The position numbers and the translations under genes are program-made. The notes under the pieces are model-generated. The model worked only from the letters and a program-made list of their open reading frames with translations, did not search any database and was not told the DNA's origin. Shown here piece after piece: positions 1 to 13,030 of a stretch of 64,000 bases of DNA. The DNA comes from the human T2T-CHM13v2.0 reference genome, Homo sapiens. Every line of letters starts with the position of its first letter. Position 1 is the first letter of the stretch. The stretch lies in the NCBI RefSeq assembly GCF_009914755.1, contig NC_060927.1, one strand, 5' to 3'.

Positions 1-1644
1 GGAAGAGAGCAGGTAGTGTGGAATGAGGTACTTCTCTGAAAAGAGAGTTGAAAAAAAAGAATTGGTTTCTTCAAAGAATCCCCAGACCTAAAAGTCACAG
101 TGCAAAAGATAATTAACACAACCAAGAAGAATTGAGGCACAAAAGGAAATTACAGACCAGCTGATCTACTTTGGAAATGAATGCATTTTTACTTACAGAT
201 CTTAAAGTTTGTTTTTGGATAGATTTATCTGAAAGAAGAGAGCAGATCTTACCAAAAGACTAGTAGTAATAGCTAGACCAAGACCTATGAGGCAGCAGCC
301 ATGGCAACAGAACGTTTCTTGATCCCATCCCATCTCTGGACTTGCCTAGAATTGTTAGGTACCTGGCTGACTTTACCAAATACAACCAATCATTACGTCC
401 TGGGACAGTAAATGCTGGAACAATTATTTGCTAATATAGCCCTTTAACGACCTCTTGTTCCTCTATTTTTGTCACTCATTACCAAGTCAAGAGTTGATAA
501 ACATCCTTTTGGTGCCCAATTCTTAAGTGTTTCTCCCTGGATGCATAACAGTGAATTCATTACCACTGGTACACAATTTGCATTGTCAGACAGACAAAAT
601 TGAGAGAGGGAGGACACGTAATGTACAGAACACTGTGAATTTGACATAATCTTAACCTAATTCTCTAAGGAAACAAGGATTTTGGCAGAGTAAGTGATGG
701 GGTCTGAGTGATTGGTTAGTTTCTTTTCCCCCCAGTTGTCTTGAGGCAGACAATGCGCATTTGCTAGTTTTAGTCAGGTGTCATGTTTCACGTGTGAGAG
801 AACATCAGATTCCAGAATGCGGACACATCGAGTTTTGCACACAGAACTTCCACATTTATACACTTACACCACTGGTCAAGTTGGGTGTGGCTTTCAAATC
901 ACCCTATAGCAGCCAACAGGGTAACAATGAAAAGTGATTAATACCTTCGTGGATGAATAGTAGGTCCCAAAGAACCATATCTTCTCAAGTAGAGTTTACT
1001 CAAAGCACCTTTGGTGATTACTGGGTCATCAGTGACCACTTCCCTAAAACTTGAGAGGGCAGTGGTAACAAGCATTTAAGGTCTGGAGTAACAAGAATGA
1101 ATGAGATCTAAAGCCAACTTGGAGCCATCACAGATGGCTCAGCACTAACCTGCCATCGAGCTTGAAGCACTACCAAAAGACAAGGTACTTTTGGGGGCAA
1201 GAAAGAGCAAAACCTTGATCTTGCTCTTTTCAGTTCTTGTATTGCTTCCAATGCTATCAGCAGCGGACAACAGACTGCTTTATTTTCCTCTGTTTAAAGA
1301 AGGGGGCAATTCTACAGAACTCCTTCATAGGAAAACATCAGCCACAGAGCCGATACTTAGGGCCAACACAGACTCTCAGAAGGAATTTAGTTATCTGATA
1401 ACATCCTGTTTTCAATATTGTTCCCTTACAAAGGGAACTGTAATTACAAAGCCCCTGTAATGTCTTTTAATTCATTTACTTGGCCACAGCCAAGGAAACT
1501 TCGACATTTCAGGTGCTTCCAGGTTTCAGCTTAATATACTCAGACGGACCACTGTTTTCAGGTGCCCTTGAGAAAAGAGAAAGACTTCCCCAGGGAGGCA
1601 TATCAAAATTTAAATTCAAAACTGGGGGCAGAAGGGAGCCTTAC

Positions 1645-1768
1645 CTTCGATTTTGGCATACTCTGAGAGCCGAGAATAGTTGACTAACGCAGCCTGTTCC
1701 AGACATTTACGGATAACTGTTTTTACCTCCTCTTGTGGCACTGGGGTAACAATATCTTTCATCAAAAC
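1645..1768 (-). CDS. CADPS: CADPS coding exon (~exon 16, 124 nt): [41 protein letters not shown]
   Basis: ctttttcctacttgaAG|GTTTTG...GAAG|GTAAGG; 41x3+1 nt; overlaps ORF 1616..1807. Confidence 0.97.
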
Positions 1769-2165
1769 CTTCAAGTAGGAAAAAGAGGGATTATTAAGAA
1801 GGTTCAAGCAAATGTGTCACTCATCCATACTTCTTAGAAGCGTGAAAGTTTAAAATCAGTTCTTTGTGACTTAATAAGATTGAGAGCCATGCTTAAAGAG
1901 AAAGCACCAGAATTGCAAAGCATTGGCAAAGGCCGTCCATGAGTCAGGGAAGGGCTAGGAACATATCTTCTGTATATCCTATTTGGGAGTTTGAAGATAA
2001 AATATCAAGAGTTTTGGCAGTTTCCTCGCTTCTATTCTGATATTTGATGAATGGTAAACAAATCCTATAAAAATTACAACTAGGTCATTCAACCAAAACA
2101 TTTCATTACAATTATGCTTATGTCTTTTTATATATATGTGATCTATCTTTTACTTTCATTCTTAC

Positions 2166-2229
2166 CCTTTCCAAGAGTGAGAGAGTAGCTTTCAAAGCAC
2201 CTTCAGGTCGACCAAATGGAAAGCAATAC
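2166..2229 (-). CDS. CADPS: CADPS coding exon (~exon 15, 64 nt): (R)[21 protein letters not shown]
   Basis: ttgtctttttTAG|GTATTGC...GAAAGG|GTAAGA; 1+21x3 nt. Confidence 0.97.
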
Positions 2230-2869
2230 CTAAAAAAGACAAAATTCTTCAGGTTGCCTAAATTATTACATTTTAGCATGAAATATGCTGCAATTTGATT
2301 CCTATAGCAACTCTCTCTGAGGAATGGAAAATGCTTTTTATTTTGTCACGTTGTGTTATGTTAATCTGAATTCACACCATATATGTGTGTATATAATGTA
2401 TATATGTGTATGTGTGAATAATGACTAAAGAGGGACTCTGCAAATGTCTGCAGCAGAAAAGAATATTCAGAGTGGTGACATAAGGCTCTGTTTAGATTTC
2501 TATTGTGAAGGAGAACTATTTGTTAGCTCAAATGTGACCTTATATGTTATTATCGAGACTGGCGTTAAAAAAGTATTAGTTGGAACAGGCTGAAATTCAA
2601 ATACACTTACTTAAGTCCCCAAAAGATCAATATATGGAATAGAAAAGTGGATTTAGAGCAAATTCATGATTCTGCTAGCTATCCTTCCCTGCTTGCGGTT
2701 TCCTATTGTTATGGACCGTCTGCTACCGGTAATGCATTTTACATATAGTGTGTATGATCAATAAAGATTTATCCAGGAGGATTTTGATGGCACAGAAAAA
2801 AACTATGTCAGGTACCACTACAAGTTCCAGTGACTGGTTTCAGGTTGTCACTGGCCCTTCAGAACACTG

Positions 2870-3135
2870 TGCATGGGACAGAGAGACTAGCATGGCTGCT
2901 TAAACCTGGACTATCTTATGTAAGCATCCCACTTCTTCCACTTGCCAGCTGGATTGCCTTGGGCAAGTTCCTTAACCTCTCTCAGCCTCACTTTGTTCCT
3001 GGTTTAAATGGGGATTATGATAACTACCTTACAAAGTTGTTATGCCACGAGTTAATACTTCTCCAGCCTCCAGTTCTATATCTGGTATATAGGAAGTATT
3101 TAATAAATAGGAACAATTACAAATGCTATTATTAT
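2870..3135 (+). mobile_element. MIR SINE
   Basis: Core 'ccttgggcaagttccttaacctctctcagcctca...aaatgggga'. Confidence 0.75.
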
Positions 3136-3734
3136 TTTTCAGTTACTATTTCAGGATCTCTGGTCCAGAACCACCAGGACAGCACTAAAAACACCTAATG
3201 TGCTCCAAGGGAGAAGTGGGCTATGTGATGTAAGGCTCAAGCACAGAATCTGCTGGCTCTCTTGAGTATGCAGGGGAGATTCAATCCACCCAGGCTGATG
3301 CAAGGTTCATTCTTTCCCTGTGTTGCCAGCCAGTGCTGTTTCTGCGGTAGTGGAAAAAGTGGAGACTCTCCTAGGAGTATCACTGCCTTCCTTCCTTGTT
3401 CACCATGTTCTGATTCACAAGATTTTTTATTTATTCATTTTTACTTAGGAACCTTGAAGAAGCTTCAAATTCAACTTTTTGTAATAGATTGTTGACCAGG
3501 GTCAGCTCAAACATGGAAGAATTTGTTCTTTAAGTGGAAATAACATGAACTTAAGAATGCAAAGTTTCCTGGTTATTGCGGAACCATATCTGATTGATTT
3601 GCTTGTTCTACTCAGTTATTTCTAAATATCCAATGTATCCTCTGGTAGATTTACAGTTTTGGAAAATTAAGTCCTTTAGTTTTCCCTTCCCACTCTCATC
3701 TCCTAATTAAAGCTCTCCAGCCCCAGATCCTTAC

Positions 3735-3836
3735 CTAAAATGTGTAATCTGATTTTCTAGCAGAACTCGGAGCCTCTCTTTGATTTCTTCAAAACGTTCC
3801 TTTTCTTCAACAGTCACAGTTCCAATTCCATCAGGC
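3735..3836 (-). CDS. CADPS: CADPS coding exon (~exon 14, 102 nt): (R)[33 protein letters not shown]
   Basis: tcttcttttcAG|GCCTGAT...TTTAG|GTAAGG; 1+33x3+2 nt. Confidence 0.97.
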
Positions 3837-5215
3837 CTGAAAGAAGACATGTCATGAAATGACGGGAACCTCATATGCTGACACCATCAAATCAAATCTC
3901 TAGCAGGAGGAAACTGTCCATTTTAGAAGAAACAACTACAGTGATCGATGTGAGCTCAGGAGAAGCCCAGCTATTCAGGGCTAGCTTCCAAAGGCGTTGG
4001 GTTGTGTTTGGGTTATCATTTTGGAAACATGTGCAGAGCTGTAGCTCTTTTCTTGTGAAATGGTAAAATGTACAAACTGGTGGCTTGAAGGTTAAGTCCA
4101 GCCCCTGAACTTGTTCTGTTTGGCTCACAGCGTCTTAAGAAATTTGAACCAGTTGCCAACATTTTTTTAAATTAGGGAAGTTTGAGAATACGATTCTGAT
4201 TTCTGTTTTCTTGAAAATTTGGAACAGTTAGCATTATTAATTGGTGGCTAACAGCTTCTTCCTTACCTGGGACAGGCACTCACCTGGTCCACATTGCTAA
4301 ATTGTATTACCTATCTCTCTTGTAGGCACTTGGGTTTGGGGTCCCTGAATTATGCACAAAAATTCCTATGAAAATCAGGTGACTTGTAAGTGTTTGTCTT
4401 TCCCGGTGTCAGACGTCTTAAATGGCTCAATTTCTTGCCTATAACTACCGATGTTCAGATTTATTTAAGTGCTCATGTATTCGTTGAAGAACAAACCACA
4501 TGTTTTCCAATTTTAGCAAACTGTTACTCATTGTAATAAAAAGGACCCCAGCTTAAATAAATGATTTCGGTTTGATCATCATATTCTCATGGTTCTGTGT
4601 CATCTTTAGGTGCATACATATATACTCTATTTGTTATGGACCATTCAAGTTGAAAATATAAAGGGAGGATACATATTTATAGCCCAAATTTATCTGTTCC
4701 AAACTAAATGCAGGATAATCTGACCCATTCAAAGCCTTCAGCTTCCCAGATCTCATAGTGACTTGTTTTGACTACTGGCTGAGCCAGTTTGCAGATTGGT
4801 GTGTCACCATAAAACTTCTATTGGAACATTCTTCAGTTTGCAAATGCAAGTCATCTTGAGACCAAACAAATGGTCTTATTTATAGGCCTTCTCAAGGATC
4901 CAGCATAAGTTGGGAAAATCCTTTATACTAGACCAGTCTGACTGCACAAAAGACTTGGCAAATGACAGCAATGTACCTCCTGTTACGGGTTAATCAGTCA
5001 GCTTTCCTTCTTTTTTGATAATAAAAATGCCCTATTTGAAATATGCGAAAATTTCCTCTTCCCCACTTTATAAAAAATACCCCCAAACAGTAAAATCCTG
5101 TTCAGTCCATTTCTTCATACTCTTCCAAAGAAAGGCAAAATGATAAACAACAGGTAGGTTGCCTTCAAATCCTCTGGTAAATCTCAAATGTTAATTTACA
5201 AAGTTTATTAAAAAA

Positions 5216-5370
5216 TTTTTTAAGAGACAGGGTCTTGTTCTGTTGTCCAGGCTGGGGTGCAGCAGTGTGATCATAGCTCACTGTGGCCTTGAACTCCTGG
5301 CCTCAAGTGATTCTTCTGCCTCAGCCTCTTGAGTAGCTGGGATTATGGGTGCAAGCTACCATGCTTAACA
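5216..5370 (-). mobile_element. Alu monomer (FLAM/FRAM/AluJ fragment)
   Basis: gagacagggtcttg...cctcaagtgattcttctgcctcagcctc; single arm only. Confidence 0.85.
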
Positions 5371-6621
5371 AAAACAAATTTTTTTTTTTTACATGAAACG
5401 TCCGTGAATCTACAGTTAGATAACAGGATGAATTTACTGGCCTCCACAAAACATGTGATGCTTTTGTTTGTAACTTTTCGTGTATATGCTACAACCTACA
5501 ACTTCCTTAAGCTGTGGTTTTTAAATTTCTTTAAACAACCTTCAGCTTGTTAATGAACTGAACACACATTTGTTTATGTAATCAGCATGTGCATGCACAC
5601 ACTCAACTGGGGGAAAAATGGAGCAATTTAAAGCATTTGTTTTTTAGTGGAGAATTAACCCAGAGAAAAATGCTGTTAAATATAATTTTACAGTTCAGAA
5701 AAGGTTTACAGATCACAGCAAAAAGTATGGAGACTATTTAACATGAAGAGCCAGGATATTTGTGGTCATTATTAGGAGATAAATATCTCTGTGAATAAAA
5801 CCATTCATTCATTACCCTACAAGCCTTCTAAGGCAATTAGGCAATTAGAAGGCAGCTTTCTGCTTTGTGTCTGAGATGATAAAAACTGAACATTTAGTGT
5901 ATGCTTGGCCTTCTCAGTTAATTCTCACTATAAAAGATATTATTACAAACCTAACAATGGATTATGTTTTTTCCTTTTGTTCTGATGATTCCCATTTGTA
6001 ATTATTAAAAGTATCAGATAGCAGCTTCTGCTTCGCTGATAACCTCTCCTCGTACTACTTTCTGAACACTATTAATCTCACTATTCCAATAAAAGTAAAC
6101 AACTGAAAAGTAGTGTTGTCTCTTAAATTTGCTTCTTGATCACCTATGTCAGCGCGACAACTTTTATTTTAAATAAAACAAACTAACTTTACTAAGTCTG
6201 TAAGGTACAAGTACAGAGTTCACCAATAAAAACAGGTGATAAAACAATTTGATGTCGAATGATTTTGACATAAAATGTAAATTTGTAACTGCCAGAATTG
6301 CTCTGAAATGGTATTGGTAACAGGAGATGCTGCTTTACAAAGTGAGGAAAAGACATGCAGGAATAACAACTTGTCAAAGATCATAGGTTGTAACCAGGTC
6401 AGTTAAAAAGCAAAAGGATCCCTTTTTTGTTTGATTTCACTTCGTTGTTTTCGAAAATTCTGTCAAACATCAATTTCTTGTTCATCGACCCCTATAATTT
6501 GGCAATGTTAGCTATACAGGTTTAGATAGATCTCTATAGAACTATTAACTGAAAAATTCAGGTTACATGCTTTGGAGAGTACTGTTTTTTCCACAGAAGC
6601 AACAGCATACTTTTTCTAGAG

Positions 6622-6800
6622 CAGTGGTTCTCAAACTTGAATGAGCCTCAGCATCACCTGGTGACAACCTGGATTGGTTGGTCCCCTAAAGTTGCTGATT
6701 CAGTAGAGCTGGGGGGTAGGGGTTGAGAACTTGCATTTCTAACAAGTTTACTGGTGCTGCTAGTGCTGCTGGTTCGAGGACCACACTCTAAGTGCCACTG
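6622..6800 (-). mobile_element. MER5A (hAT-Charlie MITE) with intact 8-bp TSD TTCTAGAG
   Basis: Termini cagtggttctc...ccactg; TTCTAGAG at 6614-6621 and 6801-6808. Confidence 0.88.
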
Positions 6801-7681
6801 TTCTAGAGAAAAAAAATATTAGGTGGGTGGTTCTTCCAGTGGCAGAGAGGGTATATTTGATTCAGGGTTCCTGATTTCTCTTAGGTTGGAGTGGATTTGG
6901 AACCCAAGATATTCTGCAAGAGATACATGGTATTATTTAACTATGAATCCCTTCCAAAAGTGGCATTTGTATTGTTTACAAGGTGCCATTCCAAGTAGTG
7001 CTGGTTGCAAAATAAATAGTAGAGCTATATTGGTATCTTTCAGACGCCATGCTTTTGTTTTGTCTTTCTGAAAATATTTGGGGGTGATTCTACAACTGTC
7101 TTAAAACTAGCTCTGCATCTTGTTCCTTTCTCAATGCTAAATCACTAAAGGAGACACAAAGAGTGAGAGAAGAGGAGGGGTGAAGCTGGATTTTAAACTG
7201 CTAGCTAGAAAATTCCAGGCTGAGATGTGTCTACACAGAACACCTGCCTAGAAGCCTGACTCTCTCACGCTCTCGTGTCCTGACTGTGAATATTCTGGTC
7301 TTCTTGCTTTCAGGCTTTTTAGCATCCATTGCCAATTTCTAACCCCTGGATTTGGAGGAGTGGCCTCAGCCACATTCTGGCCACTCTCGTGTGAGGGTAA
7401 ATCGAGGTGCCTATTCCCCTACTATTAAAGCCGAAGGGCTTCCTAGAGGCCAGCCCCTCCCTTTCACAGCCACTCCATATCTAAGCTGGACTATGACCTC
7501 AGTTCAGCTACCAGGACACCCTCCTCTGGAATCCTTACGTTGAATAAATGATACAAGGCTAGAATAAACAGACGGAATTTGCTTGTTCCAGCAGCTGTGC
7601 CTTGACCAGACTGTCCTTACAGGTCAGTAGTTTTTGATCTTGTCTGTTTCTTAGAATTGTGAAAGGTCGCATCCTCAAAGC

Positions 7682-7740
<59 letters not shown>
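7682..7740. repeat. (TCTA)n/(TAGA)n tetranucleotide STR, ~14 perfect units, at the Alu tail position
   Basis: Direct reading. Confidence 0.97.
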
Positions 7741-7741
<1 letters not shown>

Positions 7742-7746
7742 ACTAT

Positions 7747-8028
7747 TGAGACAGGGTCTCATTCAGCCTAAGGTGGAGTGCAGTGGCGCAATCTCTGTTC
7801 ACTGCAGCATTGACATCTCAAGCTCAAGCGATCCTCCTACTGCAGCCTCCTGAGAGGCTGGGACTGCAGAAGCATGCCACCATATCTGCTAATTTTGTTT
7901 TAATTTTCTTCAGACACAAGGTCTCATTATGTTGCCCAGGCTGGTCTCTAACTCCTGGGCTCAAGGGATCCTCCCACCTCAGCCTTGCAAAATGCTGGCA
8001 TTACAGGCATGAGCCACTGGACCCAGCC
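7747..8028 (-). mobile_element. AluJ-like element nested in a MER5-type relic
   Basis: Dimeric Alu with 'gagacagggtctca' and 'actcctgggctcaagggatcctcccacctcagcc'. Confidence 0.9.
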
Positions 8029-11000
8029 TGACACTGGCATTTTTAAGGTTTCCCGTGTTACTCTAACATACAGTAAGAACCACTGTGTCAGTCCTGCTTT
8101 CTACTCTTCCATAGCTCACTTGATTCCAGCATTCCTTTCCCCGTCTTTGAGGCCCCCAGCATCATCCTAATAAACTCTCCTTTGCTTAGATTACCCAGAG
8201 TTAGTTTTTGTTACTTATATTGAACTCGATATAAGTTCATAAAGCACATATCTCTTCCTTCACAACGTTCCAAATTTTAATAGATGATGTCTTTGAACTT
8301 AGCTTTAGAAACACATACACACATGAGCACATACACATGCGAACATAGCCCCTGGTCTCTGGTTCCACCTAACTGCACACTGGCTAACAACGCACTTCTT
8401 TTATATCATGATCCTGCAAACTTGAGACAATATGCAGGTCAAGCGCAGTCATTTTTGGAGCCGTGCTGAAGCCTGGAAGCTCTCCCACCTGCGGGCCATC
8501 ACTGGAGCCAGAAATGAGTCTCTCCAGCCACAGCAGACTATATCGCATCTGACACGGCGGGCATCTCCGGAATCCACCTTTCAAGTTTTCGGCAAACCAT
8601 TTTCTCACTGTCCTTCACAAAGTTGACATTTTCGGCAGCATGATAGGAAAGATGTCATGTCGGCTGCTCTTCAAGTTCTTGTCACAGTGGTTAGCACCAG
8701 TTCTGTCATCTTCACTCTCCTCACAGTCTCCCATCTTGAGCCATGTCACAAATAATAATACATCTAGAGTTGCATTTTTCTTTTTTTTTGTCAAATTGAA
8801 ACTACCATAACCCAGCTGCCCAACCTTTGAGTGACTAGTTATGCAAATTGTTCTCTTTTTCCCAAATGCTTCTGACCTGGAGTTTATTAACTAATATCTA
8901 TTATTGGATTAATATAATGAAGTACTGAGTTTTTAATGTGAAACATTTTAATATTTGAAATTAAGTGTGAACAGTGTAGTCAAAGAATTCAAGATTCAAT
9001 GTGTTTTGTGAAATGAATTTACCTCTTTAGTGTTGTTAAATTGTCACTACACACCCAGGTGAGCACACAGACTTTTAGCAGTTCATTATCTTTCTAGAAT
9101 GGTTCTCCATATTATGTTAAAAGCTGGGCCACAAAAACCTTCTTTTGAAAGGTAAGATGTCTCTTCAAGAGGGTCAGAATGCTAAATTAATTCAAAGCTT
9201 ACAATGATCTATATGTTCTGATATTGCATCTATTTGGTGATTAAGGGCAGAATCCAGGTGTAAAAAGAAATGTATGAATTCCACAGAAGAGGAAACAGTG
9301 TCTGGTCCACTGCTCCGCATACAACCAGCTTTCAGGCTCCAGTCACTACCAACAAGGGGTAAAACTCCAGCTGAAGAGGGAATATACTTTCATCTCCAAA
9401 TGCAAATGTCCACATATGCTGGTGCAGGCACCGTAAACATGATATATTCTCTCTCTCCAAATGGATGCATGCCTGCAGACCGCATGATGGATCCATGAAA
9501 ATGTCCTTAAACAAGCATGATAACTGAATCCTACTTGCTACGAAATTGTTCCAGCCCAGAAACATGAGAGCTTAAAGGGCCAGAGAGGGACAGAATATCT
9601 TAGTAGATGTTCTTTGCAGTGCTCCCTAAATAGGACATTTAGACCAAACATCCTCTTTTAACCACTGACTTAAAAAGAAAAAGAGTTCTCCCAGAAACTA
9701 ACTCTTTATTACTTCTAGTTTTAGAATGATACCTTTGAATTTAATCCTTGCATGGAAAGTTTTCCTTTGTCTCTTTCAAGTGATTAATAACCACAAATTC
9801 AAGATAGCACCAAAGCATTATCTTCTCAAAAGGAGATATCCCTGCTTGCTCATCTATATGGTTTGTACAATCCTATGTTAATTATAAATTATAATTAGGG
9901 CCCTCACATCTCATAGTTACTGCTTCATTATGAAAGCCAGCCTCACCCCTTCCTCTCCTTTCCTTCCAGCCCATGCCCTTTTCTAATTATGCCCTGATGC
10001 CCTGGGGCTCAGACACGCTGCTAAAACAAATATATCAAAGTGTTTGTATCACAAAGAATAAGATAGGAAGCAACAATAAGCAGTTTCTACAATATTACAA
10101 GTGTGCATTGTAGCTTCCTGGGGCTAATAATTAATCTCCAAACAAGGCTTGGAAGGGGCAAAAATACACCAGTGAGGACTGTCTTGACTTATTTACAGTT
10201 CTCCTAAATATGTGGTTATAACCTAACAGTATCAGAAGGTGTCATTAACTCTATTAAAGGATGAAAGTCGTGGAGAAGTCTCTCTCTACTGAACAGTCAC
10301 AAAGAATATGGATGCTATGGGCACAAGGACATTAGTCAAAGTGGCTCAGGCTCAGTCCAGGTACTGAATGAAGCAAGAACACATCAGATGATTAGAGAAA
10401 TTGTATAAAATGCAGGAAAGCATGCATTTTACCCCCAAGAGGACCAATTTTAAAAATTGGCACTGCATAGATTTTTCCCTTTGAGGAATAAGGGATGTGT
10501 TTCTTTATTTCTAGACAAATACAGACAACTAATCTTTAGATTCCTTTCTGAAGACACCATATACAAAATTCTGAGTGGTCAGACCAGTAGTATGTGTGGC
10601 TTTTTGATATCACATCCACTCTAAAAGGAGTGTAACATCTGAAAATATGTTTTTGTACCAGTTAATTCAATGACTATGGGATAAAGACACATTGTTGGAA
10701 TTTTAAGAGGAAAAACACATTATCTGATGGTTTGCTATGGGCCAGAAAGATTGCACCAATGGAATAGGTAATTTAGCATATTTCACAAGATTTCATGTCT
10801 CGATGGGAGAATCTGCTGTTCTCATGGGGAAAGTCAGAAAGAGAGTCACGTGGGTTAAAAGGAAACAAGTTCCAAAGTGAATTTCTCCTTGGACATCTGG
10901 GATGCCTACTTATACGTAAAATTTGTTTGAAAATTTTTCCCACTTTCTCTTCCAAGTACTTCCTATTAAGTAAAGCTGGCTCCTTAGAATTTAGAGAGCA

Positions 11001-11269
11001 TGACTCAGCCATGTGCAAGGCCTGTACTTGCTCAGAATTGGAAGGCCAGCCAGCAACATGCTCATGTTCACAAGTGCAATAATCTTTGTGTTCAGTGTGT
11101 AACATGAGACCAAGAATGTGGAGGTGTTTTTTATACCGCATCAGTGCCTGCCTGCTATATAAAGTGCTACATGCAGAGGTTAGTAAAACAGAGCTATCCC
11201 CACTACACAGTTTTTGCCCTTTATCTTTGTGGGAAAAAGGGTTGAGAAGCACCGGATGTAATGTCATTA

Positions 11270-11321
11270 TGTGTGTGTGTGTGTGTGTGTGTATGTGTGT
11301 GTGTCTGTGTGTCTGTGTATG
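11270..11321. repeat. Interrupted (TG)n microsatellite
   Basis: Direct reading. Confidence 0.95.
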
Positions 11322-11459
11322 CACGGGTATGAGAAAGAGAGAGGACGGAGTTAGAGTGAAAGAAAAAAATGTGTTACTCATTTACTACTAGGAAGGCATT
11401 CACCAAAAAGAAATAAAAGGAACCATTATGTGACATGGATTGAAACGGCCACCCAACAT

Positions 11460-11735
11460 TGGAGGCAAGGGCACAGTCAATAGGGCAATCATTGTGGTCC
11501 AGAGGAGAGAAGATAGAGACCTAAACTATGGTAGTGGCATTGAAGAGAGGGAGAAATGGTGGACTTGAGAGATACTTAAGGGCATTGTCAGGATATAGAA
11601 ATTGAATTGTTGTGACACACTGGGGAGAAAGAGAAGTCAAGGATGGCTCTTGAGGTTCTATCTTGGGCAACCGGGAGGATGAAACCACTTACTTAGGAAT
11701 CCTGGCAGAGTAACAGGAGAAAAGTGAGTTCCATT
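11460..11735 (-). mobile_element. L2 LINE fragment
   Basis: Purine-rich L2 antisense motifs 'gagaagtcaaggatggctcttgaggttct...ttgggcaac'. Confidence 0.6.
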
Positions 11736-12372
11736 TGATTGTTTGGTTACTCAAATCTTAATCTACAAGGGATCACATGGTCTCTGAACATGGGCAGCAC
11801 CTTGGCTCCAAATACATCGCCCAAAAGAAATCTTTAGAGCACACTGCCAGAGATTTTTAAGATTCATACCCTCTTACATCTGCTTTACTCATTAATCTAT
11901 GCAGCTTACTTTGGATTGCGGCGGTTGGCATTATAGATTTGTTAATTGCTGATACAATGTACTTTCTACACAGGCCATATGTGAAGAGCAGCACTGGCAT
12001 TCAAGAAATGTTAAATAATAATGTAAATGAGAAAAATTTCCAATCCCAATAATAAAGGGATCCAAGGAACATTGACGCAACTTGCAATCATCAGAGCTGT
12101 TTGATTGCCTTGTCACTGTGGGATAGTGACCAAAGTGATGCTAATCTAAATGTCATCTAGAAAGAATACTAAAAATATTATGGTGAGAATTAAGTACTGC
12201 AACCTTAGAAGCTGATTTAAAAATTAGAAGATGTAGCAATTTACATCTGTGGATTTTATGATCGCCAAATGCAACCAGCTGAGCATACTCACATTTTCCT
12301 TTTTCTCCTGTCTCTCTTTTCAGAAAATGGGTTCAGTTTTAAAAAGTTAGTTCAAACTAATGTTCCCTCAAT

Positions 12373-12730
12373 CAGTGGGTCTTGAACTTTGCTATATATT
12401 TAAATCACTTGAGATTTTTAACTCATGAAGTTTGGGCCACATTCCAGATTAATTAGAATCTCTGCAGGTGGAGCCCAGGCATTAGCATTTTTACCCTCTC
12501 CAAGTGATTCTAGTGGGCAGCCTAGTTTGACAACCAAAATCCTAAATATGTATGATCTAAAGACCAAATGCTTTAGATTCATGGTTGAGAGGGGTGCTTA
12601 GTAAAAGTGCAGATTCCCAGCTCCATTTAAGACTTGCCAAATGAAATTATTTGAGGATGCCACCTAGTACTCTGCATTTTATAAAATCCCCACATGATTT
12701 ATGTGCACAATGAAGTGTGAGAACCACTGT
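12373..12730. mobile_element. Two adjacent MER5-type DNA transposon relics
   Basis: cagtgggtcttgaactt...; ...tgagaaccactg termini; internal 'ctgcatttt' motifs. Confidence 0.65.
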
Positions 12731-12854
12731 ACAAACTGAAAATCAGTGGTGGTACCTGCTAGGCTTTTAGACATAGGGTAAGTCTTGTGTAAAAGAAACA
12801 ACAAATCCATGTAAAGGAAAAATGCAGCTCATCACCAGGGAGTTTGGTTTAAAA

Positions 12855-13030
12855 CAGGGTTTCTTGACCTTGGCACTATTAACATTTTTGGCTTTGCTTT
12901 CAGGAGGCTCTCCTGTGTATTATAGGATGTTTAATAATATCCCTAGCCTCTACTTACTAGACAAAAATGGCACCACTCCACCCCAGCTGTGGCAATCAAA
13001 AATATCTCCAGATATTACCAAATGTTCTGT
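12855..13030 (-). mobile_element. MER20 (hAT-Charlie) fragment
   Basis: cagggtttcttgaccttggcactattaacattt...caaaaatatctccagatattaccaaatgt. Confidence 0.8.

Noticed and set aside
1-1644. Searched for the next CADPS small exon (ENQKDA)
   Set aside because: No matching sequence found; it presumably lies beyond the window edge
10773-11391. Longest ORF (202 aa, -) and overlapping + ORFs
   Set aside because: They run through a (TG)n microsatellite (HTHTH/VCVCV), show no recognisable domain and no splice context; chance ORFs
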